This document shows positions 12,210 to 26,525 of a stretch of 64,000 bases of DNA, in pieces. The notes beneath the pieces were generated by a model. The model saw nothing but the letters and a program-made list of their open reading frames with translations, ran no database searches and was not told the origin of the DNA. Source of the DNA: Toensbergia leucococca (Eukaryota). The position numbers and the translations under genes were made by a program. Where the stretch lies: the NCBI GenBank assembly GCA_022813965.1, contig JALDZS010000114.1:1-64000 (forward strand). Direction: 5' to 3'. Position 1 is the stretch's first letter. Every line of letters begins with the position of its first letter.

Positions 12210-15200
12210 ATGGCACCTCTGCTCTCCAATCTTCGAATTGATAGTCAGAGAACCCTACTTGCTAATACTTATCAAGGCGACTCTGATGGCTCCATTGACC
12301 TCAGCGACCAAGAAAGGAATTCCGCCCAGGACCCTATCAAGGAACCAGCCCTTTTCCACAAAGTCAAGAATCAGAGGTCTATACTTGCCCTCGTCGTCTC
12401 CGATTCCAAGATCTACGCCGGAACGCAGGGAGGCGAATTGTTGGTCAGTCAATGGCGGCCCTGAGATAGATCCATTCCTAAAATGGGATTAGGTCTGGTC
12501 TTTAGAAACATACGAGCTTCTTTCCACTGTGGCTGCGCACAGAGGAAGCATTCTCTGCCTTTTCCTTTCATCCAACAAAAAGTTACTGTTTTCAAGCGCC
12601 GGCGATGCGATTGTGAATGTACGGAAATCATGACTTCCACCATGTATCGTAGCTGACTTTGTTTAGGTTTGGTGCACGAACACTCTAGACCGGCTATATT
12701 CCATCTACTCTACATATGACGTTGGCGACATTTTTTGCGTTGCCTACTCCGATAGCTTGCAGACCGTTTATCTCGGTGCGCAAAACACAAGTATACAGGT
12801 ATGAAAAAGAACACTGTATATAACTTCTGCCATTTGCCACCTTTTCTGATCGTTGGTAGTGGTATGATCTATCGCAGAAAGACACCAGACCAGCTCCGAA
12901 TTTAGACTCGCACCCTTCACAACGAAATCATCGGTTTTTTGACTCCAAAGGTCCTGGTGGTTTGACTACCCCTCGCGCAACCTCATCCCCTGGATTTCGT
13001 GCACATGGCGGGCAGAATCTTGAGATTGAGAAAGAGCATATTATCCAGTATGCACATTATGGTTATGTGTATTGCATGCTACTTGGAGGGGATTTGATTA
13101 GTAGCGACGCGGATGAGCAGACATTGATATCAGGCGGTGGTGACGGCGTCATAAAGCTTTGGCGCCTTGACAGGACTACAGGAGGTGCTATCAGGCATCC
13201 AATTTTTCTGGAAAGTGGAGATAACTCTATTTTGGCAATGACACTGGATGGCACAGTGCTATACAGTGGCCTCCTAGGTGGGGATATCAACGTCTGGGAT
13301 CTAGACACACGTCAACTTATTCGAAGAGTCAAGGCACATACGGCAGATGTCCTCACACTCGCTTTTGGCCATGGGCTCATCTTCAGTGGTGGTGCCAATG
13401 GCTTTGCCAAAGTACACCATTTTCAAATATGCACTCGTTTTTGAGACAATTTCTGACACTTGCGCAGAAATTCAACTCACGATACAACTGCGTAAGTAGA
13501 TGGAAAGCTCATGATGAGTTAATTCTTGCTTCGGCCGTTGCCTCTTATAAGGGTCGGGAGATATACGTGACCGGCGGAAATGACGATTGTGTCGCTATTT
13601 GGGACATCCGCGACTGTGTCAAACAACCCAAAAAAACATCCATAACAAGTAATGGTATGTAATGGTGCCCCCGAAGTCCTTCATAGCTCGCTGATATAAT
13701 TTAAAGAACAACTTTTGGAATCACTCAGTAGACTAGTGTCGTACCGAACAGTATCTTCGAAGTCTGAATATGCTGAAGATTGCCGACGTGGTGCCTCTTG
13801 GCTCAGAGGTCTTTTCAAACAGTTCGGAGCGGATACTGAAATGCTCAATACCGAGGACGGCATGAATCCTGTCGTATTCGCACGTTTCAGAGGCCAAAAG
13901 AAATTGTCAACCCCGGGAAGAAAGATCCTTTTCTATGGCCACTACGATGTCATTGCGGCAGAGAATGAACAGCAGAAGTGGATTGTCGATCCTTTCACAA
14001 TGGAAGGTAAAAATGGTTATCTATATGGACGCGGCGTATCAGACAACAAAGGTCCGATATTAGCGGCCTTGTATGCTGTCGCCGATCTTGTGTCCGAGCA
14101 GGAACTTAACTCGGATGTCGTATTTCTCATAGAAGGGGAGGAAGAATGTGGATCTCGAGGCTTCGAGAGAGCCATCAAGATGAATAAGCATATCATTGGA
14201 GATGTTGACTGGATACTCCTAGCTAATAGTTATTGGCTTGATGATGACTTTCCATGCCTGACGTACGGTCTTCGAGGGGTCATACATTCTACAGTTCAAA
14301 TCGAGAGCGACCATCCTGACTTACATAGTGGAGTGGACGGTAGTCATCTCATAGACGAACCACTAAAAGATATGGTTTTACTCCTCGCAACACTGACCGG
14401 TGGAGATGGGCAGATCAATCTTCCTGGCTTTTACGATCCTATACTTCCTATCACTCAAGTAGAAAAGGAGCGGTATGACCTGATATCCAACACCTTGCTA
14501 CTCCGTAACCCCAGTCTTGGAGACGCCGCAAACCTCACAGCCTCATTCAAGGCTAGGTGGAGGGAACCATCGCTCACAATACATCGCATTAATACTTCGG
14601 GGCCTGCAAACTCTACCATCATACCTCGCGTAGCAAGTGCAGCTCTCTCGATTCGCCTGGTACCACATCAAGATACTATGACCATACAAAAGTCTCTAAG
14701 AGAATACTTGGACAAAATGTTCCGAACCCTACACAGCTCTAACAGTCTGACTGTCAATATCGACCATTTGGCTGAACCATGGCTTGGCAATCCTGACAAT
14801 CAGATATTCAAAACACTTGAAGAGGCCATAATGGAAGTATGGGGATCCATTGGACAAGAGCGGCGTGGGTCTGTCTCTGCCAGTAAGATATCATTAAGTA
14901 AGAGACTCACAAACGGCTCGGCGAGCCCGAAGCCTTCTCCAGCCACTTCATCGACACTTACGCGTGGAAGCGACCATTTTTCCCAGGCCACAGCGGAGTC
15001 CAATAGTCCTCATGGTGAAATGCAGCAATACTTCTTCCCTAGTCAAATGCCAGTGAAACCGCTTTATATTCGAGAGGGTGGTTCTATCCCGGCGATCCGC
15101 TTCCTAGAGAAAGAGTTCAATGCTCCTGCGGCGCACTTGCCTTGTGGTCAGGCTAGTGATAGCGCTCATCTGGATAATGAAAGATTACGACTTTCAAATT

Positions 15201-15256
15201 TGTATAAAAGTAGGGCGATACTTAGGAAGGTATTCCGAGAGCTTCCCTTGAGATAA
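12210..15256 (+). CDS. DUG2: Dug2 glutathione-degradation protein (N-terminal WD40 repeats + M20 peptidase domain), multi-exon
   Basis: WD40 repeats (SGGGDGVIKLW, GGNDDCVAIWD) followed by M20 motifs FYGHYDV, YGRGVSDNKGP, EGEEECGS, DLHSG, AHLDNE; exact start uncertain. Confidence 0.9.
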
Positions 15257-15866
15257 TCGCGGACTTTCGTCCACCTTGGTTTGTTTGCTCGCAGCATCTC
15301 TTTAGTTGAGCAATAGCCTTATACCCATAGAGCTTGTCTTCGGAGCAATTTTGGGTAAGGTCCGTGAAGTTTGGTATTTCTTTTTTCTCCTTAAAGGATT
15401 TCTGAGCAGAGAATTTTGGAACAAAATCTACTATCGCACATGGCATGATCCCCTAGTAAATGAGCTGTAGATCTGTAGCTTGTTCAACGACACGGAGTAT
15501 TTCATTGGATTCGAGGATTGGAAGCCTGACGAGTGGCAAGAAGACTCGTACTCTAGCGAGATGGTCCATGCTTTGAACATTCAAAAGTTTATCCGTACTC
15601 CGTAGACGGTAGAAGTGCATCATCAAAGGAGAGCCAACATAGCACAGATCTTCTTGAAAATTTTCACAACACTTTCTTACCATCGATGATCTGGCAATAA
15701 TCAATATATGTTTCGATCGCTCTAAGACTCCCTCAAGCCTGCCCTCGTCATTCTTGCCTTCCCATCAACGAGGGCGCGAAGCCCAAGCAACGAATATCAA
15801 AGGATACAAACGATCGCTTGAGGAAACCCTACTCTCAGCCATCTACTGTGGAGGGCGTTACGGAAG

Positions 15867-16593
15867 ATGGATCATTCGCGAGATCCCTGCCCTTGGGTGG
15901 CATTAAATGATTTTGGAGGCGCCTTCTGTATGGGGGTAGGTTTCAAGATTCTGGCCTCACTCCCTCTATCACCGATCTACCGTGCACATTGTTCAATGCC
16001 TTACTGACGATATTTGGAACCGCAGGCTATCGGAGGAACAGTATGGCATGGCGTGAAGGGGTTTCGAAACAGTCCTGCGGGTGAACGGCGTATAGGAGCA
16101 CTCACAGCTATCAAAGCACGAGCACCGGTGTTGGGGGGGAATTTTGGGGTTTGGGGTGGACTTTTCATGACATTTGACTGCGCAGTCAAGGGGATAAGAA
16201 AAAAGGAAGATCCCTACAATGCCAGTAAGTGATGCAGGAGAATCATATCTAGTGGCAACCGAGCGAAGACCAATACGGCGCAAGAGCTGACCGGGCAACC
16301 TCTACAGTAATAGCAGGATTTTTCACAGGAGGGGCACTGGCAATCAGAGGAGGCATGAAAGCCGCACGAAACTCGGCGATTGGGTGCGGCTGTCTGCTGG
16401 CAGTCATTGAGGGAGTGGGAATTGGAATCAACAGGATGATGGCAGAAAGCACACGTTTAGATGTGAGTTGATATCATGGACCTAAAACCCCCCTTCACCG
16501 AAACCGAACCTCATACTAATCGAGGATGGGCAGGTACCGCAACCACCGCCAACATCAGTAGCAGAAGGCGCACAATCGCCATTGCTTGCATAG
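15867..16593 (+). CDS. TIM17: Mitochondrial inner-membrane translocase subunit Tim17, 4 exons
   Basis: Exons 15867-15935, 16026-16224, 16308-16462, 16534-16593 give [40 protein letters not shown]...[23 protein letters not shown]... Confidence 0.95.
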
Positions 16594-17162
16594 CTATATA
16601 ATTTCAAGGGGCGACTCCTATTTACTAACATTCTATGAAGATATACTCCACTCAGCGAGTTTTGTCTACGATTTCGTCTTCGGTAACAACTTCTTCCGCG
16701 TATTTGCAGAATCAAATTGATAAAGCATTGCGATGGCGTGGACGGTACAAATATGTCCTGACAGGATTTAGCTACTGGTAAGTTGCATCAGGTGTCTTTC
16801 TTGTCAGACGCGGCTCTCATAGCCTTGGGAAGTAACGCTAGTTTACAACCAAACATCCTACAGTATTCAATATTGGGATCTATCGGTGAAAATATTGGGT
16901 GGATTCCTTTCCAAATCTTTGGCGGGCAAATCATTGCCGCAGAGAGGCGGAGTTGTAGATATTTAGAGTATCCGGGGTCCGTAATTTTATTTAGCCTCGA
17001 GCCTCGGCACCAGCCAGATTCGACGACAAGTCAATCATGACTGCCTAAAATGATCATTTCTATCCGACTCGGTGGCTCTTCTCTCTATTCAAGTTCGTCT
17101 TCAAGTAGATATAATCTCGATTTTCAGCATACATATCGCCTAGCATTTCGTATACTTCTTTG

Positions 17163-18923
17163 ATGATGGCTTCGGCTTGGAACCTGATCCTACTTTCTTC
17201 TATCGCCGGAACCGTATCTCTTGTGCAGCTAGTTCCTCAGTATTCCATCTCGGCTTCATATGCATGGACATTCTCAGTTCTGTACTTCTCCCAGTCTCTG
17301 CTCTTATCCATTTGGAAAGTCATACTTTACCCGAAATTCTTCACTCCGTTACGACACCTTCCTTCTCCACCTGTAGGTCCAGCCTCGAAGAACTCACCAT
17401 ATTCCCTTACTAATCGGTGAACGGCTTCTAGGGAGGTTCATTTTGGAATGGACACTTCTCATCCATTTCCCGTGAGACCTCGGGGGAGCCAATGCGGAGA
17501 TGGGTCAACGAAGTCCCTAATGATGGGTTGATTTACTATACTTTTCTCTTCAACGCCCCAAGGGTGCTTGTCACAAGCCCCAAAGCGCTAGCGGAAGTAT
17601 TGGTACAGAAAAACTATGACTTCATCAAGCCATCGCAGCTCAGGAATGGCATAGGAGCAGTGCTAGGAATTGGGGTTTTATTGGCGGAGGGCGAGGAACA
17701 CAAGGTAAGGCAGGCACGGTTTGACGGCTAGAAATTGGGTTGACAATCGAGGTTAGATTCAACGTAAGAATCTTATGCCAGCATTTGCATACCGGCACGT
17801 TAAAGATTTGTACCCGGTCTTCTGGTCCAAGTCCTGTGAGCTGGTCACAGCTATAATCTCAACGGTCCAAGATGCTAGTTCTAGCTCCACAGAGGAGAAA
17901 GTTACGATGCCATGTTCTGTTATTGAAATTGGTGGCTGGGCGAGCCGCGCTACCCTTGACATCATTGGTGTTGCTGGCATGGGACAATCCTTTAACGCCA
18001 TCCAAGATCCAAACGCCGAGCTCAACCTCACATATCGAAAAGTATTTGTAAGAGGCAGCCAAGCTCAGATTCTTGGATATCTGGGTTTTGTGCTACCATT
18101 CTGGTTTCTCCGCAGAATCCCTGTGCAGCGCAACTTTGACGTTTTTAGAGCAGTCAACGTCATCAAGAAGGTGTGCCGGCAGCTCATCCAGCAGAAGCAG
18201 AGAAAACTTGACCAGAAAGAGAAGACCGAGGTTGATATACTATCTGTAGCCCTCGAATCCGGTGGCTTCAGCCAAGAAAATCTAGTTGACCAAATGATGA
18301 CTTTCCTTGCCGCTGGTCACGAAACGACGGCCTCAGCCACTATATGGGCTGTCTACCTACTTTGTCAAAATCCAGAGGTTCAGACCAAGCTACGTGAAGA
18401 GGTTCGTAGGAATCTGCCGTCTGCTAACGACACTTCAACTGTCGCCACCTCCGAGATGCTGGGTCGCATGCCTTACTTACACGCGGTATGCAATGAAGTT
18501 TTACGCGTATATGCACCAGTACCTCTCACCTTACGGGAGGCTGCCAAAGATACGTCTATATTAGGCCAATTCATACCCAAAGGAACCCGGGTTATAATGG
18601 CACCCTGGGCAGTCAACATGTCGACTGAATTTTGGGGTGAAGATGCCGGCAAATTTGATCCAGAAAGGTGGATGCGACCGGGGATGGCCAATAGCGGTGG
18701 TGCTGAGAGCAATTACTCTTTCCTGACCTTCCTACATGGACCGAGAAGCTGTATCGGACAGACGTTTGCAAAGGCAGAGCTCGCTTGTTTGGTGGCTTCG
18801 TTGGTGGGTAGGTTTGAAATGGAGTTGAATGATAAAGATGCTGTGATTGAGATCAAAGAAGGCATCACGGCTAAACCGAAAGACGGATTGAATGTTAGGA
18901 TGAAAGTATTAGAAGGATGGTGA
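17163..18923 (+). CDS. Cytochrome P450 (possibly CYP617-like), 3 exons
   Basis: N-terminal TM anchor, LAAGHETT, EVLR, PERW, heme motif FLHGPRSCIG; introns ~17373-17430 and ~17705-17756. Confidence 0.93.
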
Positions 18924-19445
18924 GGCCAGTACGGAGTATTAGTGTGGATATTTCATTCCTGGGAACTTCGAAAACCTCCGCAAGGTATTGAGTTTTGGTA
19001 TATCGTAACAGATTATAGTGTAATGTTAATAACGTATTTTATAACCAGACTTCCATCTCTTTTGCAAGACTTGTTTGTTTCATACCCAGCCACGCCAGCC
19101 ATGCCAGCTTGATCAAAATGGATTCTATTACAACCGCGTCGCAGACTGCAAGACCCAAGTGGCAGACGAAGATTAAACATGCCGTCCGAGACGAATTCGG
19201 CCTCTCGCCGCTGTGCTTGGAGCTATTTAGCAACATGGCAAGTGTTGCTTGTTTAATGACATTCCCCCGATTCCTTTCCTGCCTCCGGCTGCCTCGGTAA
19301 TAGCTATCACTCATCTGTATTACCTTAATAATGACGATGGTCCTGTCACGTCATCATGCATTTTTCTGAGAATAGTAAAATAGATGGGATTTTCACATTC
19401 TCTATTCTCTTGTCTCAGTACAATTATACTGTTAGATTTCCTTAA

Positions 19446-21078
<1,633 letters not shown>

Positions 21079-21396
21079 ACGATTTCTGTAAGACATGAGG
21101 TGGATGTGGATCTCATGAATGGCGTTGTCCTTTTTTAAATTCCAGGTACAACACATTTAAGTATTTGTAGGCCCCGTAATGAGGTCCAGTTTATAGAATG
21201 ATGGCTATTTTCAAGAAGAAACTGTTGTTTCACCAGCCAAAACTACCTCTTAATAAGGGAAGCTAGCTCCGGGTTTGACTTGTGGCCCAATTTGGTGCAT
21301 TGGGCTTCTTCGCTTATTTAGCGCTATGCTTGACCCAATCCCTCGCACAAGCAGAACTCTAATGGAGAACATTCTTGATGCAAACAAATTGCAGTA

Positions 21397-22692
21397 ATGC
21401 ATACCAAACCACGTCTCATCATTCATGGCGGCGCCGGTGCCATCACCCGCTCCAATCTTTCCCCATCCTCGTACGCCCTCTACGCCTCCGCGCTCCTCTC
21501 TCTCAATCGCCAGACTTCCCACCTCCTCTCAACCGGCACCACCGCCCTTGACGCTGCCACTTATGCCGTCTCCATTCTGGAAGACAACCCTCTATTCAAT
21601 TGCGGCAAAGGCGCCGTCTTCGCCCGCGACGGCACCATCGAATTAGAAGCGAGCGTGATGGTGAGTCGAGGATACCGAAAACGAGGCTGCGGAGTGGTGG
21701 GGGTGACGAGGGTGAGGCATCCGATCTTGCTCGCGAGGGAAATGCTGGTGAGGGGAGAGGTGGATGGAGGGGGTGGGGACAATGGAGGGGATGGAGATCC
21801 GAGTGGTGGGGGAGGTGGTGCCCAGGGGCATTGTGTGTTGGGGGGAAAGACGGTGGAGAGGTTGGCGGAGGAATGGGGCTTGGATATTGTGGACGAGAAG
21901 TGGTTTTGGACGAGGAAGAGGTGGGAGCAGCATAAGAAGGGGTTGGAAGGGAAGGGATCAAGTGGAGAGGCTGTGAAGGAATGGGAGGAGAAGGTAGGGC
22001 GGGTATTTGATGGTGAGGGTGAGGGATGGGACGGGCGGGAGTATTTGCCGCAGGGTACGGTGGGTTGTGTGGTATTGGATCGATACGGGACGCTTTGCGT
22101 AGCGACAAGTACGGGGGGTTTGACGAACAAATTGCCTGGGAGGATTGGAGATACGCCAACAATCGGAGCTGGGTTCTGGGCAGAGGAGTGGGAGGTTCCT
22201 AGGCCAGTAATCCACCGGCAGCCGGAAGCACGCTCTCCGCTTGCTGCGATGCTTCCTCAAAGCTTGCGGCAAGTAGTGAATGACTGCATCCCTGGATTAT
22301 CAGGCTATGCTGCAGAATCACACTATGGGTTTCCTCGAGACGAGAAGAGGAAAAGCGATGGCATACAAGCTGTAGCCATGTCCGGAACTGGAAATGGTGA
22401 TTCCTTCCTACGACTAGCCGCAGTGCGGACCGCCGGTGCAATCGTCCGGTTCTCGCCAGATCGGTCGCTCTCTTCGGCGGTGAGTCAGATTGCTGGGTCT
22501 GGGGGAGAGCTGCAGCGTTCTGCGGGTGATCGTTGGGGCAAGACGGGGGAAGGAGAGGGGGGGATCATTGGCATTGAGCTGGTGGGTGGGAAGGGGAAGA
22601 TTGTGTCTGATTTCAATTGCGGGGGCATGTTTCGAACGTGGGTGGACGATGAAGGAGAGGAGAAAGTCATGGTGTTCAAAGAGGAGTACTGA
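21397..22692 (+). CDS. Type-2 asparaginase / isoaspartyl peptidase (Ntn hydrolase)
   Basis: IIHGGAG, LEDNPLFNCGKG, catalytic G-TVG, ATSTGG, GRIGDTP, SGTGNGD motifs; intronless. Confidence 0.92.
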   Translation: MHTKPRLIIHGGAGAITRSNLSPSSYALYASALLSLNRQTSHLLSTGTTALDAATYAVSILEDNPLFNCGKGAVFARDGTIELEASVMVSRGYRKRGCGVVGVTRVRHPILLAREMLVRGEVDGGGGDNGGDGDPSGGGGGAQGHCVLGGKTVERLAEEWGLDIVDEKWFWTRKRWEQHKKGLEGKGSSGEAVKEWEEKVGRVFDGEGEGWDGREYLPQGTVGCVVLDRYGTLCVATSTGGLTNKLPGRIGDTPTIGAGFWAEEWEVPRPVIHRQPEARSPLAAMLPQSLRQVVNDCIPGLSGYAAESHYGFPRDEKRKSDGIQAVAMSGTGNGDSFLRLAAVRTAGAIVRFSPDRSLSSAVSQIAGSGGELQRSAGDRWGKTGEGEGGIIGIELVGGKGKIVSDFNCGGMFRTWVDDEGEEKVMVFKEEY

Positions 22693-23192
22693 TTTTCTAT
22701 CCGTTCAGCTGGGGGGCGAACGGCATGGCGAAAGTATCAAGCTCCGTACACGTCCACATCGTCGTAGGATTGACAACGTTGACCTAGTCTCGTAGGTAGA
22801 GTCACCGTGTGCTCTGGTTGTTGGAATCTTTGACTTTAAGATTCAATGGGCAAGGAATTCAAGGAGCCGGAGATAGACGAAGCGTCGAGTGGCGTCTGCA
22901 ACAGGGCAATGTGTGGTATGCACCATCGATGAGTATTGCTCTTTTATCCTCGGTCGGCTTCCATTACAATTCTTGTTAAGTTTTTTTCTTTTCATGCTGT
23001 TGCTGCTCCTTAACAAGGAGCGACGAATCATCTGGCTCACTCCTCTATCTCACACTCATTGAAGAAGCACCAGTACTTCCTAACAACAATCCAAGACCTC
23101 TGTCAAAATACTGCCACTTTCTTCTGTATTTCTTGCTCATCTAGTATCTGACAATTCCTGTAGGAGCAGCCCTCTTCGAAGTCCTTCTTTTA

Positions 23193-24161
23193 CTAGAATA
23201 TCTCTTTCAAATCTCCGTCGTTAGTCTCAACAAACACCTCTTCCCACCAGAAGCCTCCGTCTCCATTCACGCGTTTAAGTTCTTCAACCCTCTTCTGACC
23301 CGACCCTTCCACCAAAACCCATTCTTCCTTTCCCGTCGTCACTTTGTCACTCATCACCTGTCTAACGCACCTATCCAGCACATCAAGATCATACTTTTCC
23401 AAGCGTCCAAAGAGCTCAAAGCCGACCTTGCGTCTTCTGCACCCATGGGGTACCTCGAGTACTATACTTCTGCGTTTGGTTGAATGCTCACCACAATCAA
23501 GGTGCACATCGACAGATACAATGTTAGGGGGCAGATCCCGGAAACATTTCCTCCACTTCTTCTCGACCAGCACTGGAATTCGTAATGGGTCCTGCGAGAA
23601 ATCGTTGAGACAGACGTATTGATGTCTTGATAGATAAATACCGAATATCTTCAGGTGGATCCTTCGAATTTGTGACCTTTCAGACGCTGTGCACTGAAGC
23701 ATGAAGTTTGCGTAGCCGGTCATATGGTCGAAAAAGAAAGTGGCTTTGGCGAAGATGGCAGGTGAGACAAGGGCAAAGCCATCCACTTCGTCCTTGATGG
23801 CTTTTGAAGTGGAGCGTAAGTGTTTGGCATATGTTGTGCTAAGAAGTTTCGGGATTCCGGATCTTGAAACGAAGATGCGGTTATTATGAAGGTGAAGGTA
23901 GATCATCTCACGCAGCTCGAGAGGCAATTTAGCCAATGTTCCTAGAGGCGTCAATCGCGGAGGTTGCCATGGGTTGGCGAGGCTCGATAGTTGGAGGTTG
24001 TGATATGCGTCGTCATCCCCCCTTGCTTCGATGTTATTCAATTGAGGGTCTGCTGAGGCTGCGTCGGCGAGACTAATTGTGCTGTTTGTGTATTCGGCTT
24101 TCGGCAAACTGAGCAGATGTCTTGCGTAGTCTGAGGTGAGGTATTTCATTTGCAGAGGCAT
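23193..24161 (-). CDS. Hypothetical protein with F-box-like motif
   Basis: Single ORF of ~320 codons from ATG 24161; LGTLAKLPLELREMIYLHL resembles the fungal F-box-like LxxLPxELRxxIY motif. Confidence 0.62.
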   Translation of the reverse strand: MPLQMKYLTSDYARHLLSLPKAEYTNSTISLADAASADPQLNNIEARGDDDAYHNLQLSSLANPWQPPRLTPLGTLAKLPLELREMIYLHLHNNRIFVSRSGIPKLLSTTYAKHLRSTSKAIKDEVDGFALVSPAIFAKATFFFDHMTGYANFMLQCTASERSQIRRIHLKIFGIYLSRHQYVCLNDFSQDPLRIPVLVEKKWRKCFRDLPPNIVSVDVHLDCGEHSTKRRSIVLEVPHGCRRRKVGFELFGRLEKYDLDVLDRCVRQVMSDKVTTGKEEWVLVEGSGQKRVEELKRVNGDGGFWWEEVFVETNDGDLKEIF

Positions 24162-26525
24162 CTTTGAACGATGTTGATCAGTAATTGAAGTAGGTAATTG
24201 GGATACTAGACACGGATGCAAGTTATGAAGAAGTTTAGATTAAGGCATGCTTTTGTTTTCTCATAGCCTTGGCAATTTGATTCACGGTTTGTTGACAAGG
24301 ATGAAGTTATTCAGCTAATTTCCTTGACCTCTGCGCTTCTCACTTTTCACTCGCCTTGTTCAATCTGTCGTTGTTTTCTGCTTTTCTTTCTTGCTATCAA
24401 ATCTCAAAGATATTTTCCAGGGAAAAGTTGGTGCAAAAGTCTTCGTACGTGTCGTTTGAGGCGCTCTGGTCTTGATTTGAATATTCATGCATCTCGGGAG
24501 ATCAGACGGGAAGGTTCAGTGCCTTCTAAAAGCGTCTTGGAGTGCCAGCAGTGACGTGGCACAAGATCTTGCCACCCTGGGTAACACAGCCAAACAGCTG
24601 CTGTCATGGTGCTTTCCTATCTTTACCCTCGGAGTCAAGCACTTTTCTCATCAGCATGCAAATAGCTTCTACCTTATGATGGTATGCTTGCAATCAATCA
24701 GAGAACAGACTCCAAGGCCGAAGACTCTCTATCATCCAAACATGAAGACCCATCAGAATGTTCTTCCCAGTACATTAGCAGCCAAGTCTATCAAGGAAAC
24801 CACCCTTTCGTACCCGAATCAAATCCTCTCAAATACGTCGATCCGAGGACCGAAAATTGCGATGCTTGTATGGATGAATTTAGGCACTGACTGTAAGACA
24901 GAGCTTCTCTTACATAGACATTGCAAAGCGGCCACAGCATCACGGCCATAGGAGTGGAGGCTCGTCGTTGCGGCTAATGTACTACTACACAAAACCACGA
25001 CGTCTCTTGGCAACAACAGCTTTCATTATTTGCATTTTCCCTTTTCAGCTCTAATCTTCACCAGCTATCCTGATCCCCTCCTTGATAGACTCTAGTCGGA
25101 TATGCAACTCTGCTTTGATCAACTCAAACTCTCTTTGCTCCCATGGTGGACACGTCACCCGATGAAGCCAATGCTTTATTTTCAAACATCCAGATTTCAC
25201 TTCTCATGGCATCTTGTAAGCTCTATACCATGTTGGACGAATCATATCGATATCAGTCTGCAGGTTAAGAGGTTTCCAAGTCAGCGCCAACTAAAGCAAT
25301 GGTCGCAACTGGTAGACGAAAGCGAGTGACTTTTGAAGTCCGCATCTATCACGTTGAAGGAAATATGCAGATGCGTCGTCAGAAGAGTCGAGGTCAAGTC
25401 CTAGTCATGCTGTGTAAGATGTGCGTGGAAAATGTTTACTTCAACCGGTCACTGAGTGGTAAATCAATCACTGGGTTATTTATTGTCTATTGTGTGCCTG
25501 TTAATTGCGTGCATTTGATCACAATGCCACTCAATTGATTCAATCCAATCAAAGGCCATCAAGGAGTTGATGATTGGCCATTACATCACATTGAGGTATT
25601 CAGATTAAGTATCGGCAATACTCCGTACGCTATTCTAGTTCACCGTTTCACCATCAATCTGGCACCTGGCTGTCTGACGAATGAAACTTGGCAATTGTCA
25701 GACCACAGGCATGAGGCAGGTACCCAACTTTAATTTGTTTCTCGACTTCCTCTACTCTCGCGCTAATTCAATATTCAACATTCAACCCTACCTACCTAGC
25801 TAGCCGCCGCCTGTGGTAGGACGTCAATACGTGATAGATGGCCGTTGCTAGAGTCAACGCTTCCCCCTCTCGAGCCCAGTTCCAAGTTCAACGACAACAA
25901 AGTACCAGATCGCCCACTTTGGTAGTCCATATATGTCTTTGTTATTTTCTTGATGCCAGGGCGGGTGTATAATTGGTATCTAGGCGCAGCTATTGGCGAT
26001 GGGCGTTTGAAGAATTCTCGGTTGCGGTCTTCGAGTATCGTCTTGTTTTAATACTCACTAGTGCTATGACGATTTTTACAGCAAGATGAGGGCTTGGCCT
26101 GCATTCAGGCCAGTTTCATGGTGGAAGCTCGGTTTCCAAAAGGGGCTGCTAATTCGGTCATTACATTGGCTCATCTTCCAAACATGACTTCTATTGCATA
26201 AGCAGGGTCATGAACTTACCCAGCACATTTCGCATTTCCACGCCCAAAGCAACACCTTGTCCTCCCATTCAACATGGATATGGCGTGGGAGGACATGCGA
26301 GATCCATCTCGCCATTGGACATGGCTGTTTCACGCTTTGTTGTTGCGCTCGTGTCAATATGCTGTCACTGCATCTATACTCCTTTCTTTCTCTGTTTCCA
26401 CCCGTTTTTCACATAACACGGCTCTTCATTCATGTCTCTCGTTCCATGAACCGTCCATTGCGAGTCTGCCTGTCGAACCAGTCCACCAACGCTAGGAAAA
26501 AGATCTAGCACCTACACTCGCTATC

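Noticed and set aside
16225..16307. C/D-box snoRNA in TIM17 intron 2 (GTGATGC...CTGA)
   Set aside because: C box is imperfect and overlaps the donor; the CTGA is the branch site; intron too short
16591..16640. Stop read-through at TIM17 (TAG CTA)
   Set aside because: Not the strong TGA-CTA context, and the extension ends -NIL with no targeting signal
21561..22162. Two ~190-aa minus-strand ORFs
   Set aside because: Shadows of the G-rich asparaginase segment
24487..24951. Overlapping short ORFs in the 2.3-kb intergenic region
   Set aside because: No motif or splice structure that I can support
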